From contig NMRA01000610.1 in NCBI GenBank assembly GCA_002633005.1, positions 23,533 through 87,532 on the forward strand: DNA of 64,000 bases. The letters run 5' to 3'. The notes under the pieces were generated by a model. That model was not told the DNA's origin. It was given only the letters and a program-made list of their open reading frames with translations, and did not search any database. Each line of letters begins with the position of its first letter. Within the stretch, counting starts at the first letter, position 1. Both the position numbers and the translations under genes were made by a program. Source of the DNA: Phoronis australis. Taxonomy: Eukaryota; Animalia; Phoronida. Of this stretch, positions 1 to 12,295 are shown one piece after another.

Positions 1-460
1 AGGCTGCGGTCCCGAGTCTGGCAAAATAATTTCTGTCAAAATTTATTCGCCACATTTCTTCAGCAAATTCGATAAAATTGTCCGTAGTTTGATTTTATTA
101 AAATTAAGGCGCGCTGTCGATTATTTTATCCCCGTTTGCTGGCTGGTAACAGTACAGCCACTGCTCCAGTCGCACTGACGGCGTTTTTCTCGGCCTGGGT
201 TCCTGAATGAATTGAACTTCCGGGTTCGCGGCAAGTTCAAAATGGTGGTGGTTCTTCGGGTGCGAATCGTGAGTGGCGCGTTCATTTAAACTTTTTTCGA
301 GTACGGATCTTGTATTAGTTATGAGGTAAGTACTTCTTGGATCCTTATAACATCCTCTAACCATGTAATAAGGGTTAACAACGCGTGAGAGAAGGACTTT
401 AACGTCAACAGCCTCGTTGTTAACTGAACTCTGTCACGTGCATTTGATGCTATTCTCCAG

Positions 461-3400
461 GAACGCCCACGAGACGTGGAAGGGACGGCGTCCGTGGAAA
501 AGCAGGCTTTCTGCAAGTGTCGTTCTTCAGGAACTCCGACAGGGAAAGTTCAAGAACCAGAGTGCCTTCTCGCGACGGTTCCTTCGACTTCAAGTACCTT
601 GGTGCTACCGCTGACCTCCTGGGAGGCCGTGTGGTCGTTCCTTCTGATGGTTTCGACGAGCTGGCGGAAATACTGGCAATGGCGTTCTCATGCAGTGTTC
701 TTTACGTAAGGCTATGTGTTTATGTAGAACGTGTATTAACTTTTAGCATGTGCATTGGCTTCGACTTGAGGATCGAAGACATATCCGGATAGGGAGATTC
801 AGTGGTGAGCGTACTTGTCAATGACATCAATCTTTAACTGCATCTTTCGAAACGTCAAGTCAGGAGACATGTTCATTTGTCCTCCTAAAAGGGGCATTGT
901 CAGATTTACGGTCGAAAACGTACTTTTGGGATTATCATTGTTGGATTGGGTACATTTCTTGAAGTTATTAGCTTTGACCAGAGATTTCTTGCAACACCCG
1001 TTGTGTTTTTGCGATTTTATTATAAATCACCAATTCTCGCCGCCGTCTGCTTGACATCCGCTGAAATCATCGCCGATGTCTTGTCACTACTTATATACTC
1101 TTCTGTTAAATGTATGGCAATTGACTTCACCTGTTACCTCGTAGCTGGTTGGCGGTTTTATTCTGCGGCTCCGCTAATTTCTGTTAAATTACTTTCTTCC
1201 CAAGACTGTTTGGATTTTAAAATTCCTTTTTGTTCGAAGCTGCAGAGTCATTTCAGTTAAAAAAAAAACTTAGTGAATCTTAATGTTAACTCGAAAAACC
1301 TAAAGCAGCAATTCGCCCTGTTTAGCTTGCTAAAAACGAAATTTGAATTATTAATGCGCCTTCGCTCACCCATAAATCGGTTTCATAATAGTCTTTTCTG
1401 AGGTAGGATTCCGCTTTCAGCTCAAGTCACAGGCGAAGCGTATGTGCACATGCGCCATTTTCGAATTTCCACTTTTGAGGCTGAGGCGGGTCAGCCCCCC
1501 AATAAACTCAGAGGCGTTTTCTTGAATCGTGGATGGATTCGATGCTCTTGTTATTTTAATATTTTTAACATTTATTTATCATATCCACAAATACAAACTC
1601 GTATACAATTTGGCGAATAAGTACAAATATATTATGTATACATGCTTCAGTACAACTGCATTCACGCATCTCATCTATACTGCACGGGTTGCTGAAAGTA
1701 ATATTTCCTTAAAAAGAATACTGAAATAAAAGTATTAAAACGCATGTGCTCGTCTGTCCACAAACCAGTCCTTTTGATAGTTTTCAGTGTCAATGTGTTT
1801 TTCTAAATTGTACTGTTCTTTGAGTAGATTTCAATGCATGATCTTGTATTCTTAAGACGTTGTACGGTACTGGCCAATATCAAGATCTGAATTTACAACT
1901 GGTTGCTCTTCTGCTTGTCCTAATATTATTGATGTTTTATTAATTTAACTATGAAACCGTCGCATCCTGGAGTTTTCCACCTTCCATTCCCTTTGGAGTA
2001 CGAGTAGCTTCCGGCAAACTAACTTCACAGAATTCTCTTTTTGGTAACGGAAATGCAATCCTGTGATGGTAAGGAGTATTACGAGACCGATTTTTGTGAG
2101 AGTAAAAGGCCTTAAATTTGAGTTCGTTTTTAGTCAACTAAACAGGGCGAATTTCTGGTTTAATTCTCTGCGTTAACATTAAAAGTCACCTAATTTGTTG
2201 ACATGGCAATTTCAAGCTAGGAAGACCTCATCCAATTTAAGTAGGATAAATTTGCATGTCTCCTGATTTCACGTTGCATTTAAAATTAATCTAGTGACAA
2301 GTTTTGCGCACCACTCCTCTTATACAATTAACAGATGTCCTTATCCAAATTTACCCCGACCCCCATAGTCTATATCCGGCCTACGAATAGGTCACTTTGT
2401 CAAATTTTATCATACTAAGCTGCGATCTGACATTGATCTGACGTGTTTCAACATTTCATAAAATTTGTCTAAAATGGAACCATCGGTAATTGAAAGGATT
2501 AAAAAGTAATTGTAAAACTATTTGATTCAGAATATTTTCAGCGAGGCCCCCTTTATTAATATGGAGGGCCTTGCCGTAAGGGGTCGAAGAGCGGGGCCTT
2601 CCATATTAATATAGGTGGCCTCGGCGAAAGGCGGCCGGAAAGCGGAGCCCTCTATATTAATATAGGAGCCTTGCTTTTCGATCGCCTTTCAGCGAGGCCT
2701 CCAATAATAATACAGGCGGCCTCGTTGAAAGGCGGGGCCTCTATATTATTATAGAGTGCCCCACTCTCTGACTGCCTTTCGGCGGGGCCCTCTATATTAA
2801 TATACATGTAGAGGACCTCGCTTTTGAGGCCTGAAATTCAATTTTTTGCCTATGTCATTTTAATAAGAATAAGTCATTTTAACTAATAAGCTGTTTGTAG
2901 TGTTAAACTCAAAATTTCGAATGGTTAAGGCGGGGATTGTCAACGCAATCTCAGGTCCGCGAGTCTGAAAATGGTACTTCTATAGGCACATCGAGAAACT
3001 GAATCCCTCGGTCCCGTGTTGTATCATTGACATGGCTTTCATGTCACGGTCGTCTTTTTAGCTGAAATAGGGAGGGTTCATATATCGATCTGCTTGCAGA
3101 TAATCTCGTGCATTTATGTTGTCGATAGTGCGTCACTTTAGTGGCCCAGCCACTGTTTTTGCCTTGAAAGAGGGCCTGTTGCCCAGTGTACTACGTGTAC
3201 TGAACAATGGAGTGACCTGTCAAATTTAATGGTTTGTCAAAATCTACTAAATGTGAACAAAACATTGTTAACTAGCTGAAGAAAAATAAGCAGCATTACA
3301 TTAACTTTTTCCTTTGATTTGCTCGATTTTCAGGCGTGTTCTACGTTATTTTTTATTTTTCACTATTCAAGATTCTCTGCCTGCCACGTTCACCCCCTGT

Positions 3401-3736
3401 TGTTGGCGGACAGCCCCAGAAAGAGCCGACAGGTAGTCAGGGTATCACACGCCTTGGTCCTGCCACAAAGGCAACTAACAAAGCTCCGTCAGTGCGTGGA
3501 AGCAAGTTCGTTCGTCACGACGATAGGCTGGCGTTACTCCAGGCAGCTGGATTTCATTACAGTACACCGTGTAACCCAGTGTTGCACTATACCTACGGCG
3601 TTACTTGCGGTGCTACGTGCGGTGGATACAGCGACTTCCACGGTGGCATTGACGCAGCCCCCAATTCTAAAGCCGGCGGATGCGGGGGATGTGGAGGGTG
3701 CGGTGGTTGTGGTGCCGGTTGCGGCGGTGGAGGCGG
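461..3736 (+). CDS. Probable DUF1399 / glycine-rich domain-containing (GRDP-like) protein, 3' part: penultimate exon 461-705 and terminal exon copy A from 3372 running into the gap
   Basis: Exon 461-705 (ctccag|...TAC|gtaag) is open as GTPTRRGRDGVRGKAGFLQVSFF...LAEILAMAFSCSVLY. It joins in phase 0 to ttcaag|ATT at 3372, giving ILCLPR...LLQAAGFHYSTPCN...GGCGGCGGCGGCGAGCGGGG. Family call is from my recollection of GRDP C-termini (xLAFSxxxLxxLCxPR, AAG..TPxN, GGC tail), not from a database search. Confidence 0.6.
2541..2831. repeat. Array of six palindromic units (GCGRGGCCyTCTATATTAATATAGAGGGCCTCGC-like) at about 50-bp period
   Basis: Units start at about 2541, 2591, 2642, 2692, 2732 and 2782. 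Each is self-complementary around ATATTAATAT. Linkers gaaaggcg.. and ..cgcctttc occur in both orientations. Confidence 0.85.
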
Positions 3737-5630
3737 NNNNNNNNNNNNNNNNNNNNNNNNNNNNNNNNNNNNNNNNNNNNNNNNNNNNNNNNNNNNNNNN
3801 NNNNNNNNNNNNNNNNNNNNNNNNNNNNNNNNNNNNNNNNNNNNNNNNNNNNNNNNNNNNNNNNNNNNNNNNNNNNNNNNNNNNNNNNNNNNNNNNNNNN
3901 NNNNNNNNNNNNNNNNNNNNNNNNNNNNNNNNNNNNNNNNNNNNNNNNNNNNNNNNNNNNNNNNNNNNNNNNNNNNNNNNNNNNNNNNNNNNNNNNNNNN
4001 NNNNNNNNNNNNNNNNNNNNNNNNNNNNNNNNNNNNNNNNNNNNNNNNNNNNNNNNNNNNNNNNNNNNNNNNNNNNNNNNNNNNNNNNNNNNNNNNNNNN
4101 NNNNNNNNNNNNNNNNNNNNNNNNNNNNNNNNNNNNNNNNNNNNNNNNNNNNNNNNNNNNNNNNNNNNNNNNNNNNNNNNNNNNNNNNNNNNNNNNNNNN
4201 NNNNNNNNNNNNNNNNNNNNNNNNNNNNNNNNNNNNNNNNNNNNNNNNNNNNNNNNNNNNNNNNNNNNNNNNNNNNNNNNNNNNNCCCCCCCCCCTAACT
4301 AAAAATCCTGGATCCACCTCAGGCATTGCATCGTTTATTAATTCAGTTTCAATTGAAATAAACTATTAGGTGTTCTGCACCCAATTCCGATGAGGATGTT
4401 TACGTAAAACGTTAAGAACCCAGCTTCAATTATCTCTCTGTATTTTATTGCTTTGGCTAAACTTGATCGAACCTGGGATATTTTGATACATTGTTCATGC
4501 TACCCCTGGAACGCGTGTTTGAGCAAATCTGAACGATGTATATTTTCAAAAATATATTATGAAAATGCACAAAAAGTGGATTAGTGAAATATGCTGTTTT
4601 GAAGATACATTTGAAAAAAGAAGCCACTCACTCACTGTTTATTATCATGTTGTGAATATCAACATGTCCGGGTATTCGGTTGACGTTCGTAAGCAGACGA
4701 ACGCTGGAAACTACTACACTCCTTGCTAAAACGCTGGATGTCACGGGACTGCGCAGGAGAGGAAATACACTGTACGATCGTTCACGACTTTAGGGCACTC
4801 ACGACTTTAGGACCTCCGACGGTACCTTATTACATACTAGGGCGGACACATTTAGTGTGAGAATGACTTGATGCCATTTTTATCTGGTTGAATTTTGTGA
4901 GTTACTGAAGTTGCTTACATCGCTGGAAATGGGAACAGCCTTCTATTCCGATGGTTCACTAGGCCTACTCCCTGCCGAATGTTTGTTATTCCGAAGGTTC
5001 ACCGTAACTTCGAAGGTTCGTTACTGCGGAGGTTGATCCCTACGAAATATCTAACATTTCGGACTCAGGTGTAACGTTTATACCTTTACATGCAAAAATA
5101 ACGATACTTCAGTTATTAGATGCACTGAGTGGTGTAGGCTTACCTATACCGAAAACAACACTTTGTTTAGATTTCATGCCCATGCAAAAATTGCCTGCAT
5201 AGGTTATCTTAATACGCAAAAATGAGCATGTACGTGCATCTTAAAAGAATATGAAGCAGGGATATTAATGAACTATTAACCACGATACATTCTTCAAATC
5301 CTTGTCATGATGGCATCCGATAGCGCCTCAACATCACCCGCCGGAACCATGCACACCGGCCAGGTCCTAACTAAACCTAGTTAGTAAGCGACCCTGTCCC
5401 TGCCACTTTTTGCGAAGTCAGAGAGTCCCTTTCAGTCTTCCTGGAGTTTTCCACTTTTCATTCCCTTTGGAGTACGAGTATCTTCCGGCAAACTAAGTTC
5501 ATGACATTTTCAAGGCATACATAATACAACAAAGCAACAGTGTTTTCAACAAAATAAATTCACCTGGAACACAGGGAACCTGAATTTTTTTGTTGAAAAC
5601 ACTGTTGCTTTGTTGCATTGTGTATGCATT

Positions 5631-5986
5631 GAAAATGTCATGCTGGGAAATCCTAATGGATTTCTTAAAAGTCTCATAAGAATTTCTATAGGGTTTCCTA
5701 TAGGAAATCCGATTGGATTCCTATTGGATCCTATAGGATATCCTATAGAATTTCCTATAGGATCCAATTCGTATAGGATTCTTGTAGGATCCTATAGGAA
5801 TCCTATACATGTAGGACCCAATTGGATTTTGGCCCACCAGCCTATAGGATTCCTATAGGATCCTATAGGACTCCTATAGGCTCTAATAGAAATCCTATAG
5901 GATCCTATTGGAATCCTATAGGCTGGTGGGCCAAAATCCAATTGGACACTATTGGATCCTATAGGATTTCCTACTGGAATTTTTCG
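5631..5986. repeat. Foldback-like element made of CCTATAGG/GGATCC palindromic microunits
   Basis: 53-bp inverted arms at 5818-5870 and 5893-5945 (1 mismatch), embedded in (ATAGGATCCT)n-like sequence. Outer ends are imperfectly inverted. Confidence 0.8.
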
Positions 5987-6364
5987 TATGAGCCTGAAGA
6001 TATTACTTCTATGGACTTGTCGACAAGTGTGAGAAACTCAATCATTGACATGGCTTTCATGTCGCGGTTGTATTTTTTGCTGAAATAGGGAGGGATCATA
6101 CATCTGCTTGCAGATAGACTCGTGTGCGGCACGTTAATGACCCAGCCAGTGTTTTTGCCTTGAAAGATGGCCTGTTGCCCAGTGTACTGCGCGTGCTGAA
6201 CAATAGAGTGACCTGTCAAATCTAGTGGTTTGTCAAAATCTACTGAATGTGGACAAAACATTGTTAACTAGCTGAAGAAAAATTAGCATTACATTAACTT
6301 TTTCCTTTGATTTGCTTTATTTTCAGGCGTGTTCTACGTTATTTTTTATGTCTCACTATTCAAG

Positions 6365-6931
6365 GTTCTCTGCCTGCCACGTTCACCCCCTGTTGTTGGC
6401 GGACAGCCCCAGAGAGAGACGACACGTAGTCAGGGTATCACACGCCTTGGTCCTGCCACAAAGGTAACTAACAAAGCTCCGTCATTGCGTGGATGCAAGC
6501 CCGTACGTTGCAACGAGAAACTGGCGTTAGTTCAGGCAGCTGGATTTCACTACAGTACTCCGTGTAACCCAATCATGCACTATACCTACGGCGTGACTTG
6601 TGGTGCTACGTGTGGTGGATATTGCGACTTACACGGTGGCATTAATGCAGCTCNNNNNNNNNNNNNNNNNNNNNNNNNNNNNNNNNNNNNNNNNNNNNNN
6701 NNNNNNNNNNNNNNNNNNNNNNNNNNNNNNNNNNNNNNNNNNNNNNNNNNNNNNNNNNNNNNNNNNNNNNNNNNNNNNNNNNNNNNNNNNNNNNNNNNNN
6801 NNNNNNNNNNNNNNNNNNNNNNNNNNNNNNNNNNNNNNNNNNNNNNNNNNNNNNNNNNNNNNNNNNNNNNNNNNNNNNNNNNNNNNNNNNNTGGCGGCGG
6901 CGGTGGTGGCGGATGTGGCGGCGGCCGTTAA
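6365..6931 (+). CDS. Terminal exon copy B of the GRDP-like gene (Gly/Cys tail, stop TAA 6929-6931)
   Basis: ttcaag|GTT CTC TGC; VLCLPRSPP...CGATCGGYCDLHGGINAA-(gap)-GGGGGGCGGGR*. About 89% nucleotide identity to copy A over 96 codons by hand count. Confidence 0.6.
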   Translation, partial: VLCLPRSPPVVGGQPQRETTRSQGITRLGPATKVTNKAPSLRGCKPVRCNEKLALVQAAGFHYSTPCNPIMHYTYGVTCGATCGGYCDLHGGINAAXXXXXXXXXXXXXXXXXXXXXXXXXXXXXXXXXXXXXXXXXXXXXXXXXXXXXXXXXXXXXXXXXXXXXXXXXXXXXXXXGGGGGGGCGGGR

Positions 6932-8890
6932 ACGTGAACAATGTGTCATGGATGATAATTAGACTGTTTCCTGACGTCATGTTAAAACTATGCAAACTCA
7001 CGTATTGGGAGACTAAGTGTCTGAGTGTAGATGGTCGAACGTTTCAGCGTACTACAGTCAGGTTTTGTCAGCGACTGTTGTTACGCTAGGAGACAAGGTG
7101 TAGCATAGACGATGTTAAAATTCGCTGACGAATGACTGAAATATCGATAGACCCTCTACTCAACTCCCTTTCACGATTAGTCAGCTTACATATTTTTAAC
7201 AACGTGTCATCACTGTTTTGAATGATTACGTCAAGTTATTGGTTAATTTTGTATATTTTGCGGCAACCCTGCATAAAAATAGTCTGATACCATTGATACA
7301 GTTGGGATTGAATACATCAGTATTTTACTCGCAATGAGGATGGTGACGGAAAGCATTTGTTTTGGCTGTCGGTATAAGTTATTCCCATCAACGTGTCTAC
7401 AATTGGCTAAATGTAAACTTGCTTTTTAGTAGAAGTGTTTATTCATGTATACCTTTTCATGGGCAACTATTTAGTTTTTTTTTCATTTCACGTTGGGCAA
7501 TTCTCCTAAGTTTATTCCTGGATTCATTGAAAGCCATTAACTAAAGGAGAATGTTAAAATGGAACTTGCATGTTATTTCCTTTTATCCCACACGCGTTGA
7601 ATCAGTCGAGTGTAATACGGCCATGTAACAATGTTTTCCGCATTCACCTGCCGCACCACTTCAACAGTAACCTCTGACATGGAAAGTTCAAAAGGTAGTA
7701 CGTACTCAATGTCGACTCGACGTCGTTAGCCGGTTCGATTATCAAACTTTCCGAAAATAGTTTAAAGTAATACAATTGCAGCAGTGTAAATAAGAGTCAA
7801 CATGCAATCAGATCCCAGTTGTAATACCTAGAACAGGACTGTTAATTATAAGACAGTTCTGTCTCAGTTTTCAATTGCTAAATATATCGTCTGCAACTCA
7901 CGCGTCGTTTCCTCGGAAACTACATTATCAAATATTTTTATTATTTAAACATGTTTAGGAGATGTTACAAGCAAGTTCAATGCACAGTTACCGTTGTTTT
8001 CATTTTTACTTGGTGACAAAAGAAATTTCGCCAAGTATGTTGCTCTGACACTAATTTTATTTTTTGTTCGCACAATAAAGGTCGCAATTTTCGTCCTGTC
8101 ATGACGAAATTTATACACAAGGCGTAGTTTCGGATGTACTGGAAGCATATCCAAGATGGCGGATGTGGCAGCCATTTTGTTTTCATTTTAAGATTCAAAT
8201 GCTCTTTGAGGCTATAATTTTTTAGGTACAAAGCTGAAAATCGGCACGATTATTGGACCGGACGTGCGCTACATGTGTACTGTAAATTGTTTACTTTTAG
8301 TCAAAATTAGCGGAAATATCTGCAATTGCGTATGCGCACCTCGATTTTGGGCTAAACACGTTATCTCCTGTAGAGGGCGCATTATAGGATCAATTCCTTT
8401 GAAAATTTTCAGGTGTTAGTTTTTTATAGCACGCTATTCTTCAGAACTAAAAACCTTAAAAGTTGCTTTCAAGATGGCGGATCTGGTGCATGTTGACCTG
8501 TTTTCAGTCGTGCTGGGATGCCATTTTAAACGGGAGGAGAAAATGACGTGAATTTTTACATGTGATTCTTTGAGGTATACCCTTTCAAACAGTTCATAAC
8601 ATTTTTTATCGGACTTTTCGTTTTCGAGTTATTTGACTTTGAATTTCAAACAAACGCAAAAATTCATTTTTTTCGAAAAACTTACGGAATTTTGCAAACT
8701 ATCATTTATATAAAGTTTTAAACGGGCTTCCAGAAGTTGATTTTCGTTTTTCGCTACGACGTGTACTTTTTGAATTATTCGAGATTTTCTGATACCGCTG
8801 TTCCTAGTGAGCACTCTCGATGCATTGGTGTTGGTTTAGCTTCTATTGAACCAGACTGTAGCCTATTTCTTACTGAGTTATGACATCTAA

Positions 8891-9141
8891 ATTCGTCATA
8901 TGAATGTTATGATGTTGCTCATCATCGCCACCATCCTCATCACATTCGTCATCTTCGTCATCATCTCCGTCGTCGTCTTTTCAGTTAATTTCGTCGAGGG
9001 TCACTCAAGACTTATTTCAGACCTCTACGTTCGTCATATGAATATTATCATTACATGTATTGTTCATCATCGCCACCATCATTGTCATATTCATCATCTT
9101 CGTCATCATCTCTATGGCAGTCTTTTCTGTTAATTTCGCCA
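8891..9141. repeat. Degenerate tandem duplication (about 110-140 bp) with (CAT)n core
   Basis: ttcgtcatatgaat...gttaatttcg occurs at about 8892 and about 9030. Confidence 0.7.
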
Positions 9142-9395
9142 AGTTTCGCTCCTCGGAGCGCTTTCATTGTTATTTCTTTTCAAGTAATAAATCGTTACAT
9201 TTAAAACTGTATTCTTTTACTAGAAAAAAACTTACAACCTATCGCGCAAGTACATACATATAGGATGCGATTCGCCACGTGAACTGTCTGAGTGAAGTAT
9301 TTAAAAAGTCTGCCGAAAAAATGAAAGAAACTTACTAATAGGTTTTGGAAGTGTGTGGGATAAATAGAACACGATTGGCGCAGATGAAGAACCCG

Positions 9396-9445
9396 TAATA
9401 TCTCACGAGACATTATTCCGCGGAATAATGTCTCGTGAGATGTTA
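9396..9445. repeat. 50-bp near-perfect palindrome with no loop
   Basis: taatatctcacgagacattattccg|cggaataatgtctcgtgagatgtta, one mismatch. Confidence 0.9.
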
Positions 9446-9566
9446 CTTTGTCTACGCCACTGGCTCGGTACGTCCCGTGTACATCTCTGTGATTGCTTAG
9501 TCAAATTAGTTTGCAACACAAGATATAGCGAAGTATGTTGAAAATTTCCAAAATGTTTTTAAGAAC

Positions 9567-9670
9567 GAGTTTTTTTTCGAAAATGATCCGGCGCTGTAAA
9601 TCACTAAACTGCATCCAGAGTTTTTTTTTCGAAAATGATCCGGCGCTGTAAATCACTAAACCGCATCCAG
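9567..9670. repeat. Two-copy tandem duplication of about 51 bp
   Basis: gagttttttttcgaaaatgatccggcgctgtaaatcactaaacygcatcca occurs twice. Confidence 0.9.
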
Positions 9671-10227
9671 TAAGTATCGTGACGTGGCGTTGGGGAATAA
9701 CACTGCATGATGCGGGTTATGGGAGCCCCCAAGGTACGTCATCAGTGCAAAGGTCACCTATTTGCAGATTTTTTTGTTTTTACAATTACAAGTTGTCAAT
9801 CAATACAACTGCACTTTGTTTAGTGTAGATGATGTTCAAATACACCTGCAGCAATGTTGTTAAGTCCCTGCTACATCTGTATACATTAGCATAGTGGCCA
9901 GCATGTAAATACATCTTTGAAGTTCATATAGTTGACTTACCTACTGCTGAGTATAAAATCGAGAGATTTCAAACCAGTCACCATGACCACAGTCAGCGAC
10001 TGCCGTATTCATGAAGTTGGTATATTTGCCAACATAAAGCAATCCACATAGCTCCATGCAGAAGCCCAACTTTCGATTTTCAGTGTACATTCCTTACAAA
10101 GTTACCCTGGCATTATCATAGCATGGTCTGTGTTTTCTCAAGATCCATGATGCCCTGTGACGTCACGTTTTGTCTGTGGTGTCTCTTTTTTCAAACGTCG
10201 TAACACACACGTCATCTTATTAGCTCA

Positions 10228-10545
10228 TGTATTAAGTTAAATACAACATTAAGTTGTGACGTCATATGCACCGAATGTCTGGCGCGACAGCGAGGCACTG
10301 CTCCAGCCGGTGAAGAGCAGTTCAGTCACAGGTCTCTCAGCAAGATCGATTGATTAGACTGTAGAGTAGATGAACGATGTAAAGGTAGTCATTGTGTTTC
10401 CGGACTGTGCTGATTTGTAACCATGTGATTATGCTGTGTCTATTCCAGTGCTGTTTGAAGTCTATGTACCTACGTGGGTTACAGATTTGTTCTTTGAGTT
10501 ATAAGGTGTTGTTGTTTCAAGTCGTTTGTTCATGAACTCAATACA
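10228..10545. mobile_element. Possible solo LTR
   Basis: TG...CA termini with 11-bp inverted ends (TGTATTAAGTT / AACTCAATACA) and an internal TGACGTCA. No target-site duplication found. Confidence 0.25.
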
Positions 10546-11139
10546 GAAATTTATCAAAAAGAGTCAGCATTATTTTTGCTACAATTCGCAAATTACCACA
10601 AGATCCAATTAATATCTTCCAATAACAAAAAGAGGAAAACTTTCCAGTTTCCAGTGTCGTATGGCTACGAATGTGTTACAGAAATACTTTTTGTTTTGTA
10701 AAATTTATCTACGGAGAAACGTATTTTTGCATGAAAAAGTCAAAAATAATAAAAAGAGACGAAAAAGGAGTAAACAGAAAATAAGAAGAAATGGAAACCG
10801 ACAAAGAGGAAATGCTGTTAAAAGGGGAAACTACAAGTCCGATCTTTACGTTCGGATCTGAGGGCTCTTCAGGATTTCACAATGACCTGAGAAACCAGCG
10901 GACACTTCAAGTTCGTTATGAATGGATACATGCATAGCTGTCTGCACATGGTCGTATCAAAAAAATGGATATCTGAACTTTTTGGTCGTACGTTAGAATC
11001 CCACTAAAAAGGAACAGCTAGACTGTGGTTGGGAAGGACGGATCTTCCGATGAGGACGGGTGAAAGCGGGAAGGACTGGGCGGGGTTATGAAAGTAAGCG
11101 TCTTTGTCCGATTTATTAGCTTACAGTTAAAACTTAACC

Positions 11140-11485
11140 ATAGACTACAAGTGGAAGTGGGTAGACACGAGAATATTACAATAGATTATGTTTGATTTGC
11201 AATGATGATCTTGTAGAGGATGAATACCATTTCCTGTTGATTTGCAAGGGATTTTGTGAACTTAGGTCACGTTTTATGAAGGAACTTCAATGGAAGCATC
11301 CAACTCAAGAATCCTGTATACGCCTGCTCGCTAATCCAGATATATCTGCTGTTAAATATGTGTACTCTGACCTTAAAACAAGAGTACAACTCTTAAATGG
11401 GTTGACTGCCTGTGCAAATATGCCTGTTTATTGTACTTTGAGCCAGAGACCTTTTATACAAATAAACGTGTTGAATTAAAACTTA
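11140..11485 (+). mobile_element. 5'-truncated, degenerate LINE 3' end (L2/CR1-group-like ORF2 C-terminus)
   Basis: Frameshifted NHRLQVEVGRHENI../CLICNDDLVEDEYHFLLICKGFCELRSRF (CxxC..H..C motif typical of LINE ORF2 ends), followed by AATAAA and a ttgaat tail. Confidence 0.8.
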
Positions 11486-12289
11486 ATTGCAGTGCAAATC
11501 AGGTTTTGAAGTGTCAATCGTTACCATAATTAAACTGTACTCGAATGAGGGAACATCAATTTAAATTTCTAGTTTTTGGACCAGGCGTCCTTCTTAAGGA
11601 GGCCTAAAGTGAAATTTCACTCAGTTTGACTCGCGACTCGGTGACATTCACTCACACCATAGAAAACCGTAAAACAAAAGAAAGTCCATCCTTCCATTTC
11701 TAGCCTGTCCTTGCATTTTAAGGTCCTTTCTACCCATATAAAGGCCAGCCCTTCACATTCCCAGAACAAGCTTCATGTTGGAAGCCCCATAATCCCGTTT
11801 AAGAGGATCGCTCACAATGTCGGTTTCCAGAGACCTATTAAATCGTTCATTTTGTTAAGTGACAGGCTCAGTCACGATGAAACCATCGCTGTCACGATTC
11901 AAATCTACTGTCCACAATAAAAACCCATCGCAACGTTTTCAAGGCCAATTTTTATCTGATATTCCTTTGGCGAAAGATGATTATAGATTAATTTTTCACG
12001 AGAAATCCACTATCAGAAGCCAAACTCATAAGAACATTACCAATTTTCGATCTGTCCTTGACATTGCAATTTATTTCAGCCAGTTTGTTATTGCCGTGAA
12101 AACATCGCCAATGCGGTAATTGCCCCATACCACTGAGACAATAGGGACTTGGGTCAACTGTCCTAATATCGAGGGGGGGGGGTCCACAGTTGTAGTAGAG
12201 AAGTATTGTCCAACTCCAAGACACCCCGGAACTGCCTGATTTTCTACTGAACAGTAACGCTATCAACATCAGTACATCAACAATCATCG

Positions 12290-12295
12290 TTTATT
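12290..12295 (-). promoter_or_regulatory. Candidate SLC37A3 polyadenylation signal (3' UTR about 1.9 kb)
   Basis: AATAAA on the minus strand followed by a GU-rich tract (gatgattgttgatgtactgatgttg). Confidence 0.45.

Noticed and set aside
2541-2831. CRISPR array interpretation of the palindromic units
   Set aside because: Repeats are degenerate, the linkers are short and related to each other, and there are no cas genes.
3667-4369. Long ORFs spanning N-runs (also at 6.6-7.0, 40.0-40.4 and 55.9-56.3 kb)
   Set aside because: Their length comes from assembly gaps translated as X.
5546-6088. PIG/NPIGS-repeat ORFs on both strands
   Set aside because: By-product of the CCTATAGG palindromic repeat.
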